Below are positions 36,453 through 47,109 of a DNA stretch of 59,525 nucleotides, piece after piece. Both the position numbers and the translations under genes were made by a program. This stretch comes from a virus, in the IMG/VR virus record IMGVR_UViG_3300045988_114220; one strand, written 5' to 3'. The notes under the pieces are model-generated. The model was not told the origin of the DNA and did not search any database. It was given only the letters and a program-made list of their open reading frames with translations. Numbering within the stretch: the first letter of the stretch is position 1; the number at the start of each line of letters is the position of its first letter.

Positions 36453-37855
36453 GTATGAGCCAAGAGGCGATTTTATTTTATGCCGACCACCCCGTAGAGT
36501 TTGTAGAAGACATTCTACACGCCAAGCCGGACGAACAGCAGGCCGCAATCCTGCGGAGCGTTGCCGCAAATCCTATGACGACGGTGCGAAGCGGACACGG
36601 TATCGGTAAATCGGCTGTTGAGGCGTGGATAGTCATTTGGTTTATGATTACTCGCCCTTATCCGAAAATACCTTGCACCGCACCGACACAACACCAATTA
36701 TTTGATATTTTGTGGGCGGAAATAAGCAAGTGGAAGCGTAACAACCCGGTACTCGAAAAGGAACTGATATGGACGAAAGAGAAAATCTACCTCAAAGGAC
36801 ACCAAGAGGAATGGTTTGCAGTCGCCCGAACAGCAACGACCCCGGACGCTTTGCAAGGCTTTCACGCTGAAAATGTGCTTTACATTATCGACGAGGCAAG
36901 CGGCGTAAAGGACGCTATTTTTGAGCCTGTACTCGGTGCGTTGTCAACCGAGGGCGCAAGGCTATTGATGTGCGGAAACCCGACGCAGCTTCAAGGCTTT
37001 TTCTATGAGAGCCATACGAAGAACAGAGCCTCGTACAGCACCTTTCACGTTGACGGGCGAAAGAGCAGCCGCGTATCAAAGGAATATGTTGACCGCATAA
37101 TCCGAATGTACGGCGAGGAGAGCAATGTTTTCCGTGTGCGTGTCGCCGGGGAATTCCCACTCGCCGAGGACGACGTGTTTATTCCGCTTTATCTCCTCGA
37201 AAAGTCCATTATGACGGAGTTTTCTCCCCGAAAAAACCCGAATATCCTCCGAATAGGTTGCGACGTAGCCCGTTTCGGCGACGACAAGACCGTAATCGGG
37301 ACGAGAGTTGACGAAAAGGTTACTTTGGAGAAGAAGCGCAACGGGCAGGACACTATGAAGACGGCGGACGACATTGTAATGCTTTACTACGACCTACTGA
37401 AACGCTACCCGAACTACAAGGGCAGTATTATTGTCACGGTGGACGACAGCGGCGTAGGCGGCGGCGTTGTGGACCGTTTGAAACAAATGCAGAGGAACAG
37501 CCCCAAGCTGCTCGCTCAAATGCTCGTCGTTCCCATTATTTTCGGTCAGCGGATAAAACACAAATACTATCACGACAGCACCACCTATATGATGTCGTGC
37601 GTAAAGGAACTGTTATCACCGACCGACCAAGACGGCAAGGAAAAGCCGATAGAACTGATTTTACCAAACGACGACGACCTCGTGGCTCAACTGTCGGGCA
37701 GAAAATACGCCCTCACGGAAAACAGCAAAGTCAAGGTCGAAAGCAAGGACGCTATGAAGAAGCGCGGTATGCCCTCCCCGGACGAGGGCGACTGCGTATT
37801 ACTGCTTTGTGTGCCTGTAAAGACACCGAAGACGAAAGGAGTACAAGCAAAATGA
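36449..37855 (+). CDS. Terminase large subunit
   Basis: Walker A RSGHGIGKS and Walker B LYIIDEASG. C-terminal nuclease domain. Confidence 0.85.
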   Translation: MSMSQEAILFYADHPVEFVEDILHAKPDEQQAAILRSVAANPMTTVRSGHGIGKSAVEAWIVIWFMITRPYPKIPCTAPTQHQLFDILWAEISKWKRNNPVLEKELIWTKEKIYLKGHQEEWFAVARTATTPDALQGFHAENVLYIIDEASGVKDAIFEPVLGALSTEGARLLMCGNPTQLQGFFYESHTKNRASYSTFHVDGRKSSRVSKEYVDRIIRMYGEESNVFRVRVAGEFPLAEDDVFIPLYLLEKSIMTEFSPRKNPNILRIGCDVARFGDDKTVIGTRVDEKVTLEKKRNGQDTMKTADDIVMLYYDLLKRYPNYKGSIIVTVDDSGVGGGVVDRLKQMQRNSPKLLAQMLVVPIIFGQRIKHKYYHDSTTYMMSCVKELLSPTDQDGKEKPIELILPNDDDLVAQLSGRKYALTENSKVKVESKDAMKKRGMPSPDEGDCVLLLCVPVKTPKTKGVQAK

Positions 37856-38286
37856 AACGAATATTATCAATTCTTTTAGTGCTGATTATGCTGTCGCTCA
37901 CCGCTTGCGGCGCGACACCGAATAAGCAGACGGAAGCAGACCCGCCCGACGGAGAGCGGACGGAGGAATACGAAAGCGTATGCGTCGATATAGGCGTACA
38001 CGACGACGGATATTATGGCTTAATGGCGAATGTATCAATCCATTACAACGAGGACGGTACGCTCGGTTGGATAACCGTGCTTGACCCGGCTCTGCTCGCC
38101 TTTAATGTTTCCTCTACGCTCGGCGGAGGCGTTTATATTATCAACCTCCCGGACGGAAACAAGGCTATCGACGAACTATCCTCTGTTTCGGAGGCTCTGA
38201 AAGCCGCAGGAATGACCGATTATGCAGAGCGGATAGACGCTGTTATTGCTATTATAGGCTCACCTATTACGCAGGCAAGCACATAA
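37852..38286 (+). CDS. Lipoprotein
   Basis: MKRILSILLVLIMLSLTAC|G lipobox. Confidence 0.6.
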   Translation: MKRILSILLVLIMLSLTACGATPNKQTEADPPDGERTEEYESVCVDIGVHDDGYYGLMANVSIHYNEDGTLGWITVLDPALLAFNVSSTLGGGVYIINLPDGNKAIDELSSVSEALKAAGMTDYAERIDAVIAIIGSPITQAST

Positions 38287-38299
38287 GGAGGGCGGCAGA

Positions 38300-39856
38300 A
38301 TGAGCGAAAAGAAACTACCGAGGTACGGCGTAACGATTATAAAAGCGACGAACGAAAGCCCGGTAAAGAAGTCAAACAAAAGCGAGCAGCTTGACGCGAG
38401 AGAGGAACTCTCGGCGGCGGATTGGATTTCACCGCCGATTGACCTTATAGGGCTGAAAGAACTTGAAACAGAGTCCTCTATTCTGCCGCAATGTATCAGA
38501 GCCTACAAAAATAACATTGCGGGCTTTGGTATCGGCATTAGGTACAAAGACGACATTGAGGAAACGACCGAAATGGCGGCGGAGTACACGCGAGCGGAGG
38601 ACATCATTCAGTTGCTCAATTTGGAGCAGGACACCAAAGAGGTATTCGAGGACTTGATAGAGGCCCGCGAAACCTACGGTATCGCATATCTCGAAGTAAT
38701 CAGAAACCTCGCAGGCGAAGTTGTGCAGATTGAGTTTGTCAAGGACACCCCGACCGTAAAGAAAACAAAGCCATTAGAGCCGTATGTTGATACGGCGTTT
38801 TTCTATAAGGGCGAGGAAATTACCCGAAAGCGGAAATTTCGGAAGTATTGCCAAGACATTAACGGCAAGACGGTCTATTTTAAGGAATTCGGCGACCCTC
38901 GTGTTATGGATAAGCGCAACGGAGAGTATGTCGGAGAGGGCGGGACCGTTGACCTCGATAATCAAGCTAACGAGATTATGGAGTTTGCAATCGGCACAAT
39001 GCCATACGGCGAGGTGCGTTGGATAGGACAGATACTCGGCGTAGACGGTAGCCGCAGAGCCGAATATCTGAATAACAACTATTTCAAGAACGGCAGGCAT
39101 ACGCCGCTGATGATACTTATTAAGGGTGGAACGCTCACGGACGACTCTTTTACCAAACTCACGGAGTATATGAACGGTATCAAGGGCGAAGCCGGACAAC
39201 ACGCCTTTATCGTACTTGAAGCGGAGTCGGTAGACAACCGGGCAGGCTTTGACGACGAGCAAAAGCCGGAGATTGAGGTAAAGGACCTTGCCTCTATTCT
39301 GCAAAAAGACGAATTATTCCAAGACTACCTCGACAACAACCGCCGCAGGGTGCAGTCCTCTTTTCAGTTGCCCGATTTGTATGTCGGATATACAACCGAT
39401 TTCAACCGAGCGACCGCACAGACGGCAATGGAAGTCACGGAAAAGCAAGTATTTCAGCCGGAGCGGAAAAGCCTTGCGTGGGCTATCAACAACCGTCTGC
39501 TCAACGGCTACAATTTCAAGTATGTTGAAGCGTACTTCAAAGAGCCGGACATCAACAACCCTGACGATATGTATAAAATCCTCACCGTCGGCAACAACGC
39601 AGGCGGTCTGACACCAAACAAGGCGAAAGAGATTATCTATTCTTTGCTCGGCGATAATTACGAGCCATTCGACGAGGAGTGGGGCGATATTCCCCTCGCA
39701 TACGCAAAGACGCAACAGACGGCGAATTTCCCCGACCTCACGGCGCAGCTTGAAAAGCAGATAAAGAAAGCCGCCGGAGCGCAGGACGACGCTATCGTGG
39801 CAGTAATGAAAGAGGTGCGCTCCCTGCTCGTAAAAATGAGCGAGGAGGCGGAGTGA
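38300..39856 (+). CDS. Portal protein
   Basis: 518 aa. Sits between terminase and the Mu-F head morphogenesis gene. RBS AAGGAGGG. Confidence 0.7.
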   Translation: MSEKKLPRYGVTIIKATNESPVKKSNKSEQLDAREELSAADWISPPIDLIGLKELETESSILPQCIRAYKNNIAGFGIGIRYKDDIEETTEMAAEYTRAEDIIQLLNLEQDTKEVFEDLIEARETYGIAYLEVIRNLAGEVVQIEFVKDTPTVKKTKPLEPYVDTAFFYKGEEITRKRKFRKYCQDINGKTVYFKEFGDPRVMDKRNGEYVGEGGTVDLDNQANEIMEFAIGTMPYGEVRWIGQILGVDGSRRAEYLNNNYFKNGRHTPLMILIKGGTLTDDSFTKLTEYMNGIKGEAGQHAFIVLEAESVDNRAGFDDEQKPEIEVKDLASILQKDELFQDYLDNNRRRVQSSFQLPDLYVGYTTDFNRATAQTAMEVTEKQVFQPERKSLAWAINNRLLNGYNFKYVEAYFKEPDINNPDDMYKILTVGNNAGGLTPNKAKEIIYSLLGDNYEPFDEEWGDIPLAYAKTQQTANFPDLTAQLEKQIKKAAGAQDDAIVAVMKEVRSLLVKMSEEAE

Positions 39857-40818
39857 GTATGTGCAACTGCGAAAAGCTGCTGAAAGCGATTGATAACTAT
39901 ATCGCAAAGGCGGACGACGATCTCAAAGACGCTCTAAAAGACGAGGGATATGCCGAGCCGGGAAAGACGGTAAAACGCATATCTGACATTGAGGACGCTA
40001 TCGCCGAGGCTTTGGAGGAAGAAAGCGACCTGTTTATTACCAATGCGAACACCTGTATCGACGTCGAAACATTCGCCGCAAGAGTGTGGCCCGGAGTAAA
40101 ACTCGACGACCGCACGGCCGAGAAAATACGGGAGATTTTCATTGAGCAAATGCAGGAGTTTTTACCCGACCTTGTGAAACCGTACCTCAAACGGACGGAC
40201 AAGGCGCTCACGCTCACGACCATTTCAAAGCGAACCTCTGCGTGGGTGTCGGAATGGGGCGACCAACTCGGAAAACTGATGAAACTCACCTCGCATACGG
40301 AGTTGGAAAAGATACTCGACAAAAACCTCAAAGACGGCAAAGGCATACAGGACTTTATATCCGACATTCAGAACAGCGGCATTCGCAACGAGAGATACAG
40401 AGCGAGGGCGACCGCCGTTACAGAGGCTTTGCGGGCGCACAGCGTAGCGCAGGAAGAAGCGATACAGCAGTCCCCGGCTGTCAAAGAAAAAGAATGGGTA
40501 CACACCGGGTCGTACCGAAACGACCCCCGACCAAATCACGAGGCAATGAGCGGTCAGACCGTACCAAAAGGTCAGCCCTTTACCCTATATGGAGCAGACG
40601 GAGGCGTATATTACCCGCAATACCCCCGCGACTCTCTGCTACCCGCAAGCGAAAGTGTCAACTGCCATTGCATACACCGAGGCATTATTTCGGAGGATAT
40701 TCTCGGTTTGCCGCTCGCCCGCAGAAAAGAACTGCAGGCCGAGGCAATCGCCGAAATGGACGACGAATGGGAAAAGGAACTCAACGCCCGGAACAAATTA
40801 AAAGCAGGGATTTTATAA
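39853..40818 (+). CDS. Head morphogenesis protein (Mu F/SPP1 gp7-like)
   Basis: C-terminal ...SESVNCHCIHRGI.... Position is consistent. Confidence 0.7.
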   Translation: MSMCNCEKLLKAIDNYIAKADDDLKDALKDEGYAEPGKTVKRISDIEDAIAEALEEESDLFITNANTCIDVETFAARVWPGVKLDDRTAEKIREIFIEQMQEFLPDLVKPYLKRTDKALTLTTISKRTSAWVSEWGDQLGKLMKLTSHTELEKILDKNLKDGKGIQDFISDIQNSGIRNERYRARATAVTEALRAHSVAQEEAIQQSPAVKEKEWVHTGSYRNDPRPNHEAMSGQTVPKGQPFTLYGADGGVYYPQYPRDSLLPASESVNCHCIHRGIISEDILGLPLARRKELQAEAIAEMDDEWEKELNARNKLKAGIL

Positions 40819-40920
40819 TCCCCTAATTCACGGAAAAAGCGGCGCTATGCGTCGTTTTTTTATGTCGTCCTACGGGACGGCTTTATAACCTTAACACGCA
40901 CAGAGAGGAGGTGAAAGAAA

Positions 40921-42219
40921 ATGAATAACGTGCAAAAGGCAATCGCAATTACCGACGCGAGAATATCGTTTGTGTCGCTCGTAGACAAGGCGGCCAATAA
41001 AAGGTCATTCCTCATTACGAAAGCGACAGACGGTAAAGCGCAATTCTCCACCTACGGCCGAATTATCAAAGCCGACGCAGAACATCACTTCATTACGGGC
41101 ATTGTGTATGAGCCGAACACCGAGGACGCTCACGGCAATTTTATGACCGAGGAAGAAATCACCAAAGCGGCATATTGGTACGCAAAGAACGGTAACAATG
41201 TGGACCTGCAACACGATTTTGAGGCGCTCGAAAACGCCGATGTTGTGGAAAGTTGGGTAGCAAAGGCGGATTTCAAAATCGGCGAGGAAACCGTGAAAAA
41301 AGGAACTTGGCTAATGACGGTCGAAGTAACTGATGATGATATTTGGGACGCTGTTCAGAAAGGCGAAATCACAGGCTTTTCTATGGGCGGCGTTGGAAAA
41401 TACGATACGGAGGACACGGATTTGGAGAATGTCGAAAAAGGCGGCACACCCGCCACAAACGAGCAGGCCGAACGCAAGGGCATTTTTAAGAAACTCGCCA
41501 CTATGTTTGGCTTTGATGTCGTCGAAAAGGGCGAAATGAAAGACGAATACGAGAAGCGCAATAAGGCGTCTTCTTTTTGGAACGCCTTTTATACCCTCGA
41601 AGACATACTCTACCGCTACGACTACTCGCAGGACCGTTGGAGTTTTGAAAACGACGAGCAGACCATTAGAGAGGCTCTGTTGGATTTCAATAACATTATC
41701 TCCGACATTCTCGCAGGAAGCGGTATTGCGAAATCGCTCGCCCCCTCAAAGGGCGAAATGAGCGCCGGAAGAAAAACGGCGCTTGAAAATATCCAAAAAT
41801 CAGTCGGCACAATTCTTGCCGACGCAAACAACGAAACGGAGGAAATCGAAATGACAAAGACCGAAATCGAGAAAATCGTTGCGGACGCTGTCGCAAAGAG
41901 CCTCAACGCTCCTGCGGCCGGCGAAGCAGCACCCGAAACCCCTGCGGCCCCGGAAACCGAAAATCCTGCCGCTCCCGCTGAAATCACCCCGGAGAGCGTT
42001 CAGAAAATGGTTGACGAGGCTGTGAAAAAGGCTCTCGCCCCGGAAACCGAGGAAAAGCCTCTTACCGCCGAGGACGTACAGAAGTGCGTCAATGAGGCTG
42101 TAAAAAAGGCCATTGAGCCTATTATGAAATCCCGCGCTCTGCCTACCGCTATCGGCGGCGACGGCGAGGGACAGGTCGAAAAATCCGGCGAACAGCACTA
42201 TCTCGCCGGAATTCTTTAA
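40921..42219 (+). CDS. Prohead protease-like N-domain (XkdF-like) fused to an Ala/Glu/Pro-rich scaffold-like C-terminus
   Basis: ISFVSLVDKAANKRSF at the N-terminus. Repeated VxKxVxEAVKKA units and PAAPETENPAAPAE low complexity. Confidence 0.5.
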   Translation: MNNVQKAIAITDARISFVSLVDKAANKRSFLITKATDGKAQFSTYGRIIKADAEHHFITGIVYEPNTEDAHGNFMTEEEITKAAYWYAKNGNNVDLQHDFEALENADVVESWVAKADFKIGEETVKKGTWLMTVEVTDDDIWDAVQKGEITGFSMGGVGKYDTEDTDLENVEKGGTPATNEQAERKGIFKKLATMFGFDVVEKGEMKDEYEKRNKASSFWNAFYTLEDILYRYDYSQDRWSFENDEQTIREALLDFNNIISDILAGSGIAKSLAPSKGEMSAGRKTALENIQKSVGTILADANNETEEIEMTKTEIEKIVADAVAKSLNAPAAGEAAPETPAAPETENPAAPAEITPESVQKMVDEAVKKALAPETEEKPLTAEDVQKCVNEAVKKAIEPIMKSRALPTAIGGDGEGQVEKSGEQHYLAGIL

Positions 42220-42240
42220 TTTACAAGGAGGACAAACACT

Positions 42241-43287
42241 ATGAACAACAATGCAAGTATTGTCAAAGACGCAATCAAGACCGGGACGCTCACAAACGGA
42301 TTGCTCAATCCTGAACAGTCCCGCCGCTTTTTGCAGCAGACTTTTGACGCAACCCCGCTCGGCGCACTCGTTCGTCACGAAATCCGCAGAGCAAAGACTG
42401 GCGAAATCGACAAAATCGGTATCGCTTCCCGTATCATTCGCCGCAAGACCGAGAATACCGACGACGGCTACCGCGCAAGCGTAAAGACCTCTGCGGTAAA
42501 CTACTCCACCACCGCAGTCAGACTGCCGTGGGAAATCACCGAGGAAACTCTCCGCGAGAATATCGAGGGCGAGGGCTTTGAGGCGACGGTCACCAACCTT
42601 ATGACCCGTCAGCTCGGCGTAGACCTTGAAGACCTCTATCTCAACGGCGACGAAAGCACAAAGGACGCAGCTGCTTTTTCGGCAACTGAGGCATATTCTG
42701 TCGGTGATAAGGTTACTTATGACGGCGGACTGTATGTGTTCACCGCTGCCCACACCGCCGGAGCGTGGAACTCGGCACAGGTTAAGGAACTCGGTGCGGC
42801 CGGTGATGTTGATTTCTTGAAAATCAATGACGGTTGGATTAAGCAGATTAAGGCAGGCGGACACATCTACGACGCTTCCTCTGCTTCCTCTATGAGCCTT
42901 GACATTTTCTACAAGACCCTTGCCGCTATGCCGAATAAGTACAACAACGGCAAACTCCGTTGGATTATGTCGCCTCACAGAGCGCAGGAATGGGAACTGT
43001 TCTTGATGAACAAAGTTATCGGCGCAGGCGGCGCAGTACCCGACAATGTATACACCGCTCCTGCAAAAATCCCCACCGTCGAAGTACCCGCCCTTTCGGA
43101 CGACGTTATCCTGCTCACCGACCCGAAAAACCTCATTGTGGTAAACACCTATGATGTTAAAATCCGCAAGACGAACGAGGGCAAGGAGGCAATTATGATG
43201 GATAAGCGCTTCTACACCACTCACCTTGACTTTGACCCGATTATCGAGGAAACCGACGCAACCGCAATCATCACCAATTTGAAGTAA
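42241..43287 (+). CDS. Major capsid protein
   Basis: 348 aa directly after the protease/scaffold gene. RBS AAGGAGGACAAACACTATG. Confidence 0.65.
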   Translation: MNNNASIVKDAIKTGTLTNGLLNPEQSRRFLQQTFDATPLGALVRHEIRRAKTGEIDKIGIASRIIRRKTENTDDGYRASVKTSAVNYSTTAVRLPWEITEETLRENIEGEGFEATVTNLMTRQLGVDLEDLYLNGDESTKDAAAFSATEAYSVGDKVTYDGGLYVFTAAHTAGAWNSAQVKELGAAGDVDFLKINDGWIKQIKAGGHIYDASSASSMSLDIFYKTLAAMPNKYNNGKLRWIMSPHRAQEWELFLMNKVIGAGGAVPDNVYTAPAKIPTVEVPALSDDVILLTDPKNLIVVNTYDVKIRKTNEGKEAIMMDKRFYTTHLDFDPIIEETDATAIITNLK

Positions 43288-43305
43288 AGGAGGAGGGGTG
43301 ACGCT

Positions 43306-43662
43306 ATGTATCATTTGAGAATGATTAAGGGTCGTTCATACACGAGCGACGCTTTCAGAGCAACTGCAAAATATCCCGACGTTTACACCGAGGACGAGCA
43401 GGCGGCAATCGCCGCACTCAATTCGGGACACTTTGCAAAAATCGAGGACGAAACCGTAACCGACACTCCCGGCACGGAGGACGAGGCTCACCTCGACAAA
43501 GAGGACCTTAACAAAATGACGGTCGCCAACCTCACCAAACTCGCAAAGGATATGGGGATTGACACAAAGGATATGAAGAAAGCCGAACTCATTGAGGCTA
43601 TCTCCGCGCAGAGCGTCGCCCCCGGCCCGGAAACTTCTGCCGATTACGGTGAGGAAGACTGA
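43306..43662 (+). CDS. Head-associated protein with SAP/Rho-N-like motif
   Basis: Contains LNKMTVANLTKLAKDMGIDTKDMKKAELIEAI. Confidence 0.4.
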   Translation: MYHLRMIKGRSYTSDAFRATAKYPDVYTEDEQAAIAALNSGHFAKIEDETVTDTPGTEDEAHLDKEDLNKMTVANLTKLAKDMGIDTKDMKKAELIEAISAQSVAPGPETSADYGEED

Positions 43663-43685
43663 TAACGAGGAAAGGAGGGTGTGTT

Positions 43686-44072
43686 ATGGCTGAAAGACCG
43701 TGGGCTACCCCGGAGGAAGTCAAAGAATACACCGACTATCCCTCTGTCAAGAAGCGCGACGACGCAAAACTCAAAATCGACATAACGAGAGCGGAACAGT
43801 ATGTTATTTCCTACACGAATAACAAGTTTGAGGACTACGAAACAGTCCCCGAACAGGTCAAAACGGCCGTTATCCTTGTAGCGGAGGCGTTTGCCTATAA
43901 CACGGCGCTCACATCACGGGAAATGAAATCGGAGCAATTCGACGACTACTCCTACACGGTGTCGGACGCAGGACCGATTGACATATCGGGACTTGGACTC
44001 GGCTCTCTGCTTGAAGATTTTTGCGTTTCGGAGGCAAAACGCGGCTTAACCCTCCGAATGAGAGCATTGTGA
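43686..44072 (+). CDS. Head-tail connector (gp6-like)
   Basis: Position and size. N-terminal ...TPEEVKEYT.... Confidence 0.5.
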   Translation: MAERPWATPEEVKEYTDYPSVKKRDDAKLKIDITRAEQYVISYTNNKFEDYETVPEQVKTAVILVAEAFAYNTALTSREMKSEQFDDYSYTVSDAGPIDISGLGLGSLLEDFCVSEAKRGLTLRMRAL

Positions 44073-44084
44073 GGAGGACGGGCT

Positions 44085-44456
44085 ATGAGCATTGAGGCAT
44101 TATTCGACCATACTTGCGATATTTACCATATCGTAGAGGGCGAAAACAACCCCGGCTACAACTTGCCCTCCTCTCCCTCGTTTTCCTATCCCTCTGTTGC
44201 CGACGAGAATGGCGTACAATGCCATTTTACCGTTAGGGTAGGAAATAATACCTCTATGGTGCAAAACGAGCCACAGAACGAATATTCGGCGCGTATCAAG
44301 TTGAATTTACCCGTCGGGACAGATATAAGACTGCACGACAAGGTCGTAGATTGCGACACGAAACTCGAATATACCGCCGTAACACCTCCTCGAAACATAC
44401 GAGGAAATCACAGTATCGTTTACATTGAGAGGACACGGGAGCAGAAACCGCTATGA
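44085..44456 (+). CDS. Head closure/adaptor protein
   Basis: Gene order. Confidence 0.4.
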   Translation: MSIEALFDHTCDIYHIVEGENNPGYNLPSSPSFSYPSVADENGVQCHFTVRVGNNTSMVQNEPQNEYSARIKLNLPVGTDIRLHDKVVDCDTKLEYTAVTPPRNIRGNHSIVYIERTREQKPL

Positions 44457-44962
44457 AGTATGTCGATTTTGATACCGCCGGAGCGGATAAATTTTTCGAC
44501 GCGCTCGAAGCGGCCGCACGGGGCGGATTTCGCAAGGAATTGGAACTGTTCTTGGAGGGGCTCGGCAACGAATTTCTGCGTATAGTTGAGGACGAAATCA
44601 TACGCCGCAAGGTCCTCGACACCCGTTTGTTACTCGCCTCGTTCCATAAGGGCGACGGCAACAACCTATGGGAACTGACGGAGGGAAACCTCACGCTCGA
44701 AGTCGGCTCGACACTCGAATACGCAGGATATGTGAATGACGGACATTGGACCAACCCCAAAGGCGTAGACAGGCGGTTTGTTCCCGGCTATTGGCAGGGC
44801 GACCGCTTTATATACGACCCGACGGCGGAGGGCGGTATGGTGTTAAAGCAGCATTTTGTAGACGGAAAACCCTACTTCGACTCCGCTTTACGCATACTCG
44901 ATAAAATGCTCCCAGAATTCCTTGACAAGAAGCTACAAGAGTGGCTCGACAATTACTTTTAG
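44453..44962 (+). CDS. HK97 gp10-like tail component
   Basis: Gene order and size. Confidence 0.4.
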   Translation: MKYVDFDTAGADKFFDALEAAARGGFRKELELFLEGLGNEFLRIVEDEIIRRKVLDTRLLLASFHKGDGNNLWELTEGNLTLEVGSTLEYAGYVNDGHWTNPKGVDRRFVPGYWQGDRFIYDPTAEGGMVLKQHFVDGKPYFDSALRILDKMLPEFLDKKLQEWLDNYF

Positions 44963-44976
44963 CGGAGGTGGTGCAA

Positions 44977-45537
44977 ATGCTTGAACAGGAAATAGCAAGC
45001 ATTATCAAATTCACGCTCGACAGTGCGGGCAACCCTGCACCGTACTACAACGAAGTGAAAGAGAATTTTATCGTTCCGTCGTGCTATTTTCCGTCGCCGG
45101 AGATTGACACCGACGGCGAAACATTCCGCACCTACCGACTGCATTACGCTTGGTTTATCAAATTCTTTCACAAGACTACGGAGGACTCCTATGCTATGGC
45201 GTTGAGAGTCCTCCTCGCTTTGAAAGGCGCGAGAAACCTTATACCGCTTATCGGTACGGACGGAAAGAAGACGGGCGACGGACTGCGTATCAATGACCCG
45301 GAACTGAAAAAGGTCGATAGTGGCGTTTACCAAATCAAAATCGAATGGGACAGCCGCCGGCCGTACAACGACCCGGAGTATCTGTATATGCAGGACTATC
45401 ACATTGAGGGGTGGAGCAACCCGGATATATACCTCGAAAGGAAATTTACGGCGGAGGTACTCTCGGAAATAGAGTCCTATGTCGCAAATTATCATACCAC
45501 CGAGGGCAAAGCCGGGACCTATCCACCAAAGAAATAG
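44977..45537 (+). CDS. Tail completion protein (putative)
   Basis: ATG at 44977 after GCGGAGGTGG. Confidence 0.4.
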   Translation: MLEQEIASIIKFTLDSAGNPAPYYNEVKENFIVPSCYFPSPEIDTDGETFRTYRLHYAWFIKFFHKTTEDSYAMALRVLLALKGARNLIPLIGTDGKKTGDGLRINDPELKKVDSGVYQIKIEWDSRRPYNDPEYLYMQDYHIEGWSNPDIYLERKFTAEVLSEIESYVANYHTTEGKAGTYPPKK

Positions 45538-45549
45538 GAGGCTATCAAA

Positions 45550-45753
45550 ATGGCAAAAGAAACTAATGCAGCCGTCGAAAAGGCGGAGGCGACACCCAAG
45601 TTTACCATTGAGAAACTCCGCGAGAACTGCTATGCCGTTTTCGGCATTTCCAAAAGCACTTTTGACGGAGCGACTTATGGACTCGACGGCGAATATACCG
45701 TCGAAGAAATGAAAAACGCCATTGAGAAATGGCAGAATAAGGAGGCAAAATAA
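45550..45753 (+). CDS. Small hypothetical protein
   Basis: RBS AGGAGGCTATCAAAATG. Confidence 0.4.
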   Translation: MAKETNAAVEKAEATPKFTIEKLRENCYAVFGISKSTFDGATYGLDGEYTVEEMKNAIEKWQNKEAK

Positions 45754-45755
45754 CT

Positions 45756-47096
45756 ATGGCAGGCGGAAGATTTGACAAACTCGCAGGCAAGGTCAGACCC
45801 GGCACATATATCAACTTTGAAAGCACCCGTGTCGGAACTGTCGGAGTCAGCGAGAGGGGTATCGTAGTAATGCCGTTTATCGGTCACGACTACGGCCCTG
45901 CAAAAGAATTTATCCACATCACCAACGCCGCACCCGACGCAGAGAGCGCAAAACTCGGTCATAGCATTTATGACGACAACACCAATATTCTCCTCGTCCG
46001 TGAGGCGCTGAAAAATGCGTCGGAGGTGTATATCTACATTGCCGCCGCAGCAGGCACAAAGGCAACAGGAACGGGCGGCGGTGTAAAGGGTACGGCTCAT
46101 TACGGCGGCTCACGTGGCAACAAACTCGCTTATGCGATTGCTGCAAACCCGGTGAGCGGCTTTGACATCACCGTAACGCTCGACGGGGCGACCGTCAATC
46201 TTTATGAGGGCGTAGCGACTATTGCGGACCTCGTCGCAAAGAACGACGCATATATCACATTTGAGGCGGCGTCCGACTCGTCCACTCTTGCAGCCGTTGC
46301 GGGTGTAACCCTTGCGAACGGCGCAGACGGAGCAAGCGCCAACAATGATGTAACGGCATTCCTTGACGCAATCGAGGGCGTTAAGTTTAATGCGCTCTGC
46401 TTCCCGTCAACCGAAACTACACTCTGCGCCGCCGCAAAGAGCAAAATCAAGTATCTGCGCGAGAATGTCGGCAAGGGCGTAATTGGTGTTCTTGCGAACA
46501 CGGCGGCAGACTACGAGGGCATTATCAATGTTACGAACGGCGTTGTCGTAGACGGTCACACCCTCACAGCGGCGCAGGCAACCGCTTGGGTAGCCGGAGC
46601 GACCGCCGGAGCGACCTATGTGCAGAGCAACACCTACAAGCAGTACGACGGGGCGACGGCCATTAACGGCGTTAAGACTCACGAGGCGGCTGTTGCCGCT
46701 ATTCAGAACGGCGAATTTTTCTTCTCGTACTCCGAGGAGGGCAAAATCGTCGCAGAATACGACATTAACAGCCTTGTAACATTCACGGACAAGAAAGACG
46801 ACACCTACCGCAAGAACCGCGTTATCCGCGTGTTTGACACCTTTACGGAGAGTGTGCAGCTTAATTTCCCGCCCAATAAGTACCCGAACTCCCCGGACGG
46901 TTGGGATATTATGGAGGGTGTAGGACGCTCCATTCTCAAACAGTTTGCGGACGCAGGAGCAATCAAAAATGTTGACTACGACAACGATTTTCTCGTAGAC
47001 CGTGAAAAGAGTGTAGGCGACGAAACATATTTCAACGTCGGACTCGAAGCGGTTGACAGCGCCGAGAAACTCTACTTTACCGTAGCGACAAGATAA
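45756..47096 (+). CDS. Tail sheath protein (XkdK-like)
   Basis: N-terminal MAGGRFDKLAGKVRPGTYINFES. 446 aa, followed by the tube gene. Confidence 0.8.
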   Translation: MAGGRFDKLAGKVRPGTYINFESTRVGTVGVSERGIVVMPFIGHDYGPAKEFIHITNAAPDAESAKLGHSIYDDNTNILLVREALKNASEVYIYIAAAAGTKATGTGGGVKGTAHYGGSRGNKLAYAIAANPVSGFDITVTLDGATVNLYEGVATIADLVAKNDAYITFEAASDSSTLAAVAGVTLANGADGASANNDVTAFLDAIEGVKFNALCFPSTETTLCAAAKSKIKYLRENVGKGVIGVLANTAADYEGIINVTNGVVVDGHTLTAAQATAWVAGATAGATYVQSNTYKQYDGATAINGVKTHEAAVAAIQNGEFFFSYSEEGKIVAEYDINSLVTFTDKKDDTYRKNRVIRVFDTFTESVQLNFPPNKYPNSPDGWDIMEGVGRSILKQFADAGAIKNVDYDNDFLVDREKSVGDETYFNVGLEAVDSAEKLYFTVATR

Positions 47097-47109
47097 GGAG
47101 GACGACGCA

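Noticed and set aside
41800-43314. 504-aa minus-strand ORF across the scaffold and capsid genes
   Set aside because: It fully overlaps two well-supported + strand structural genes and has no RBS or motifs.
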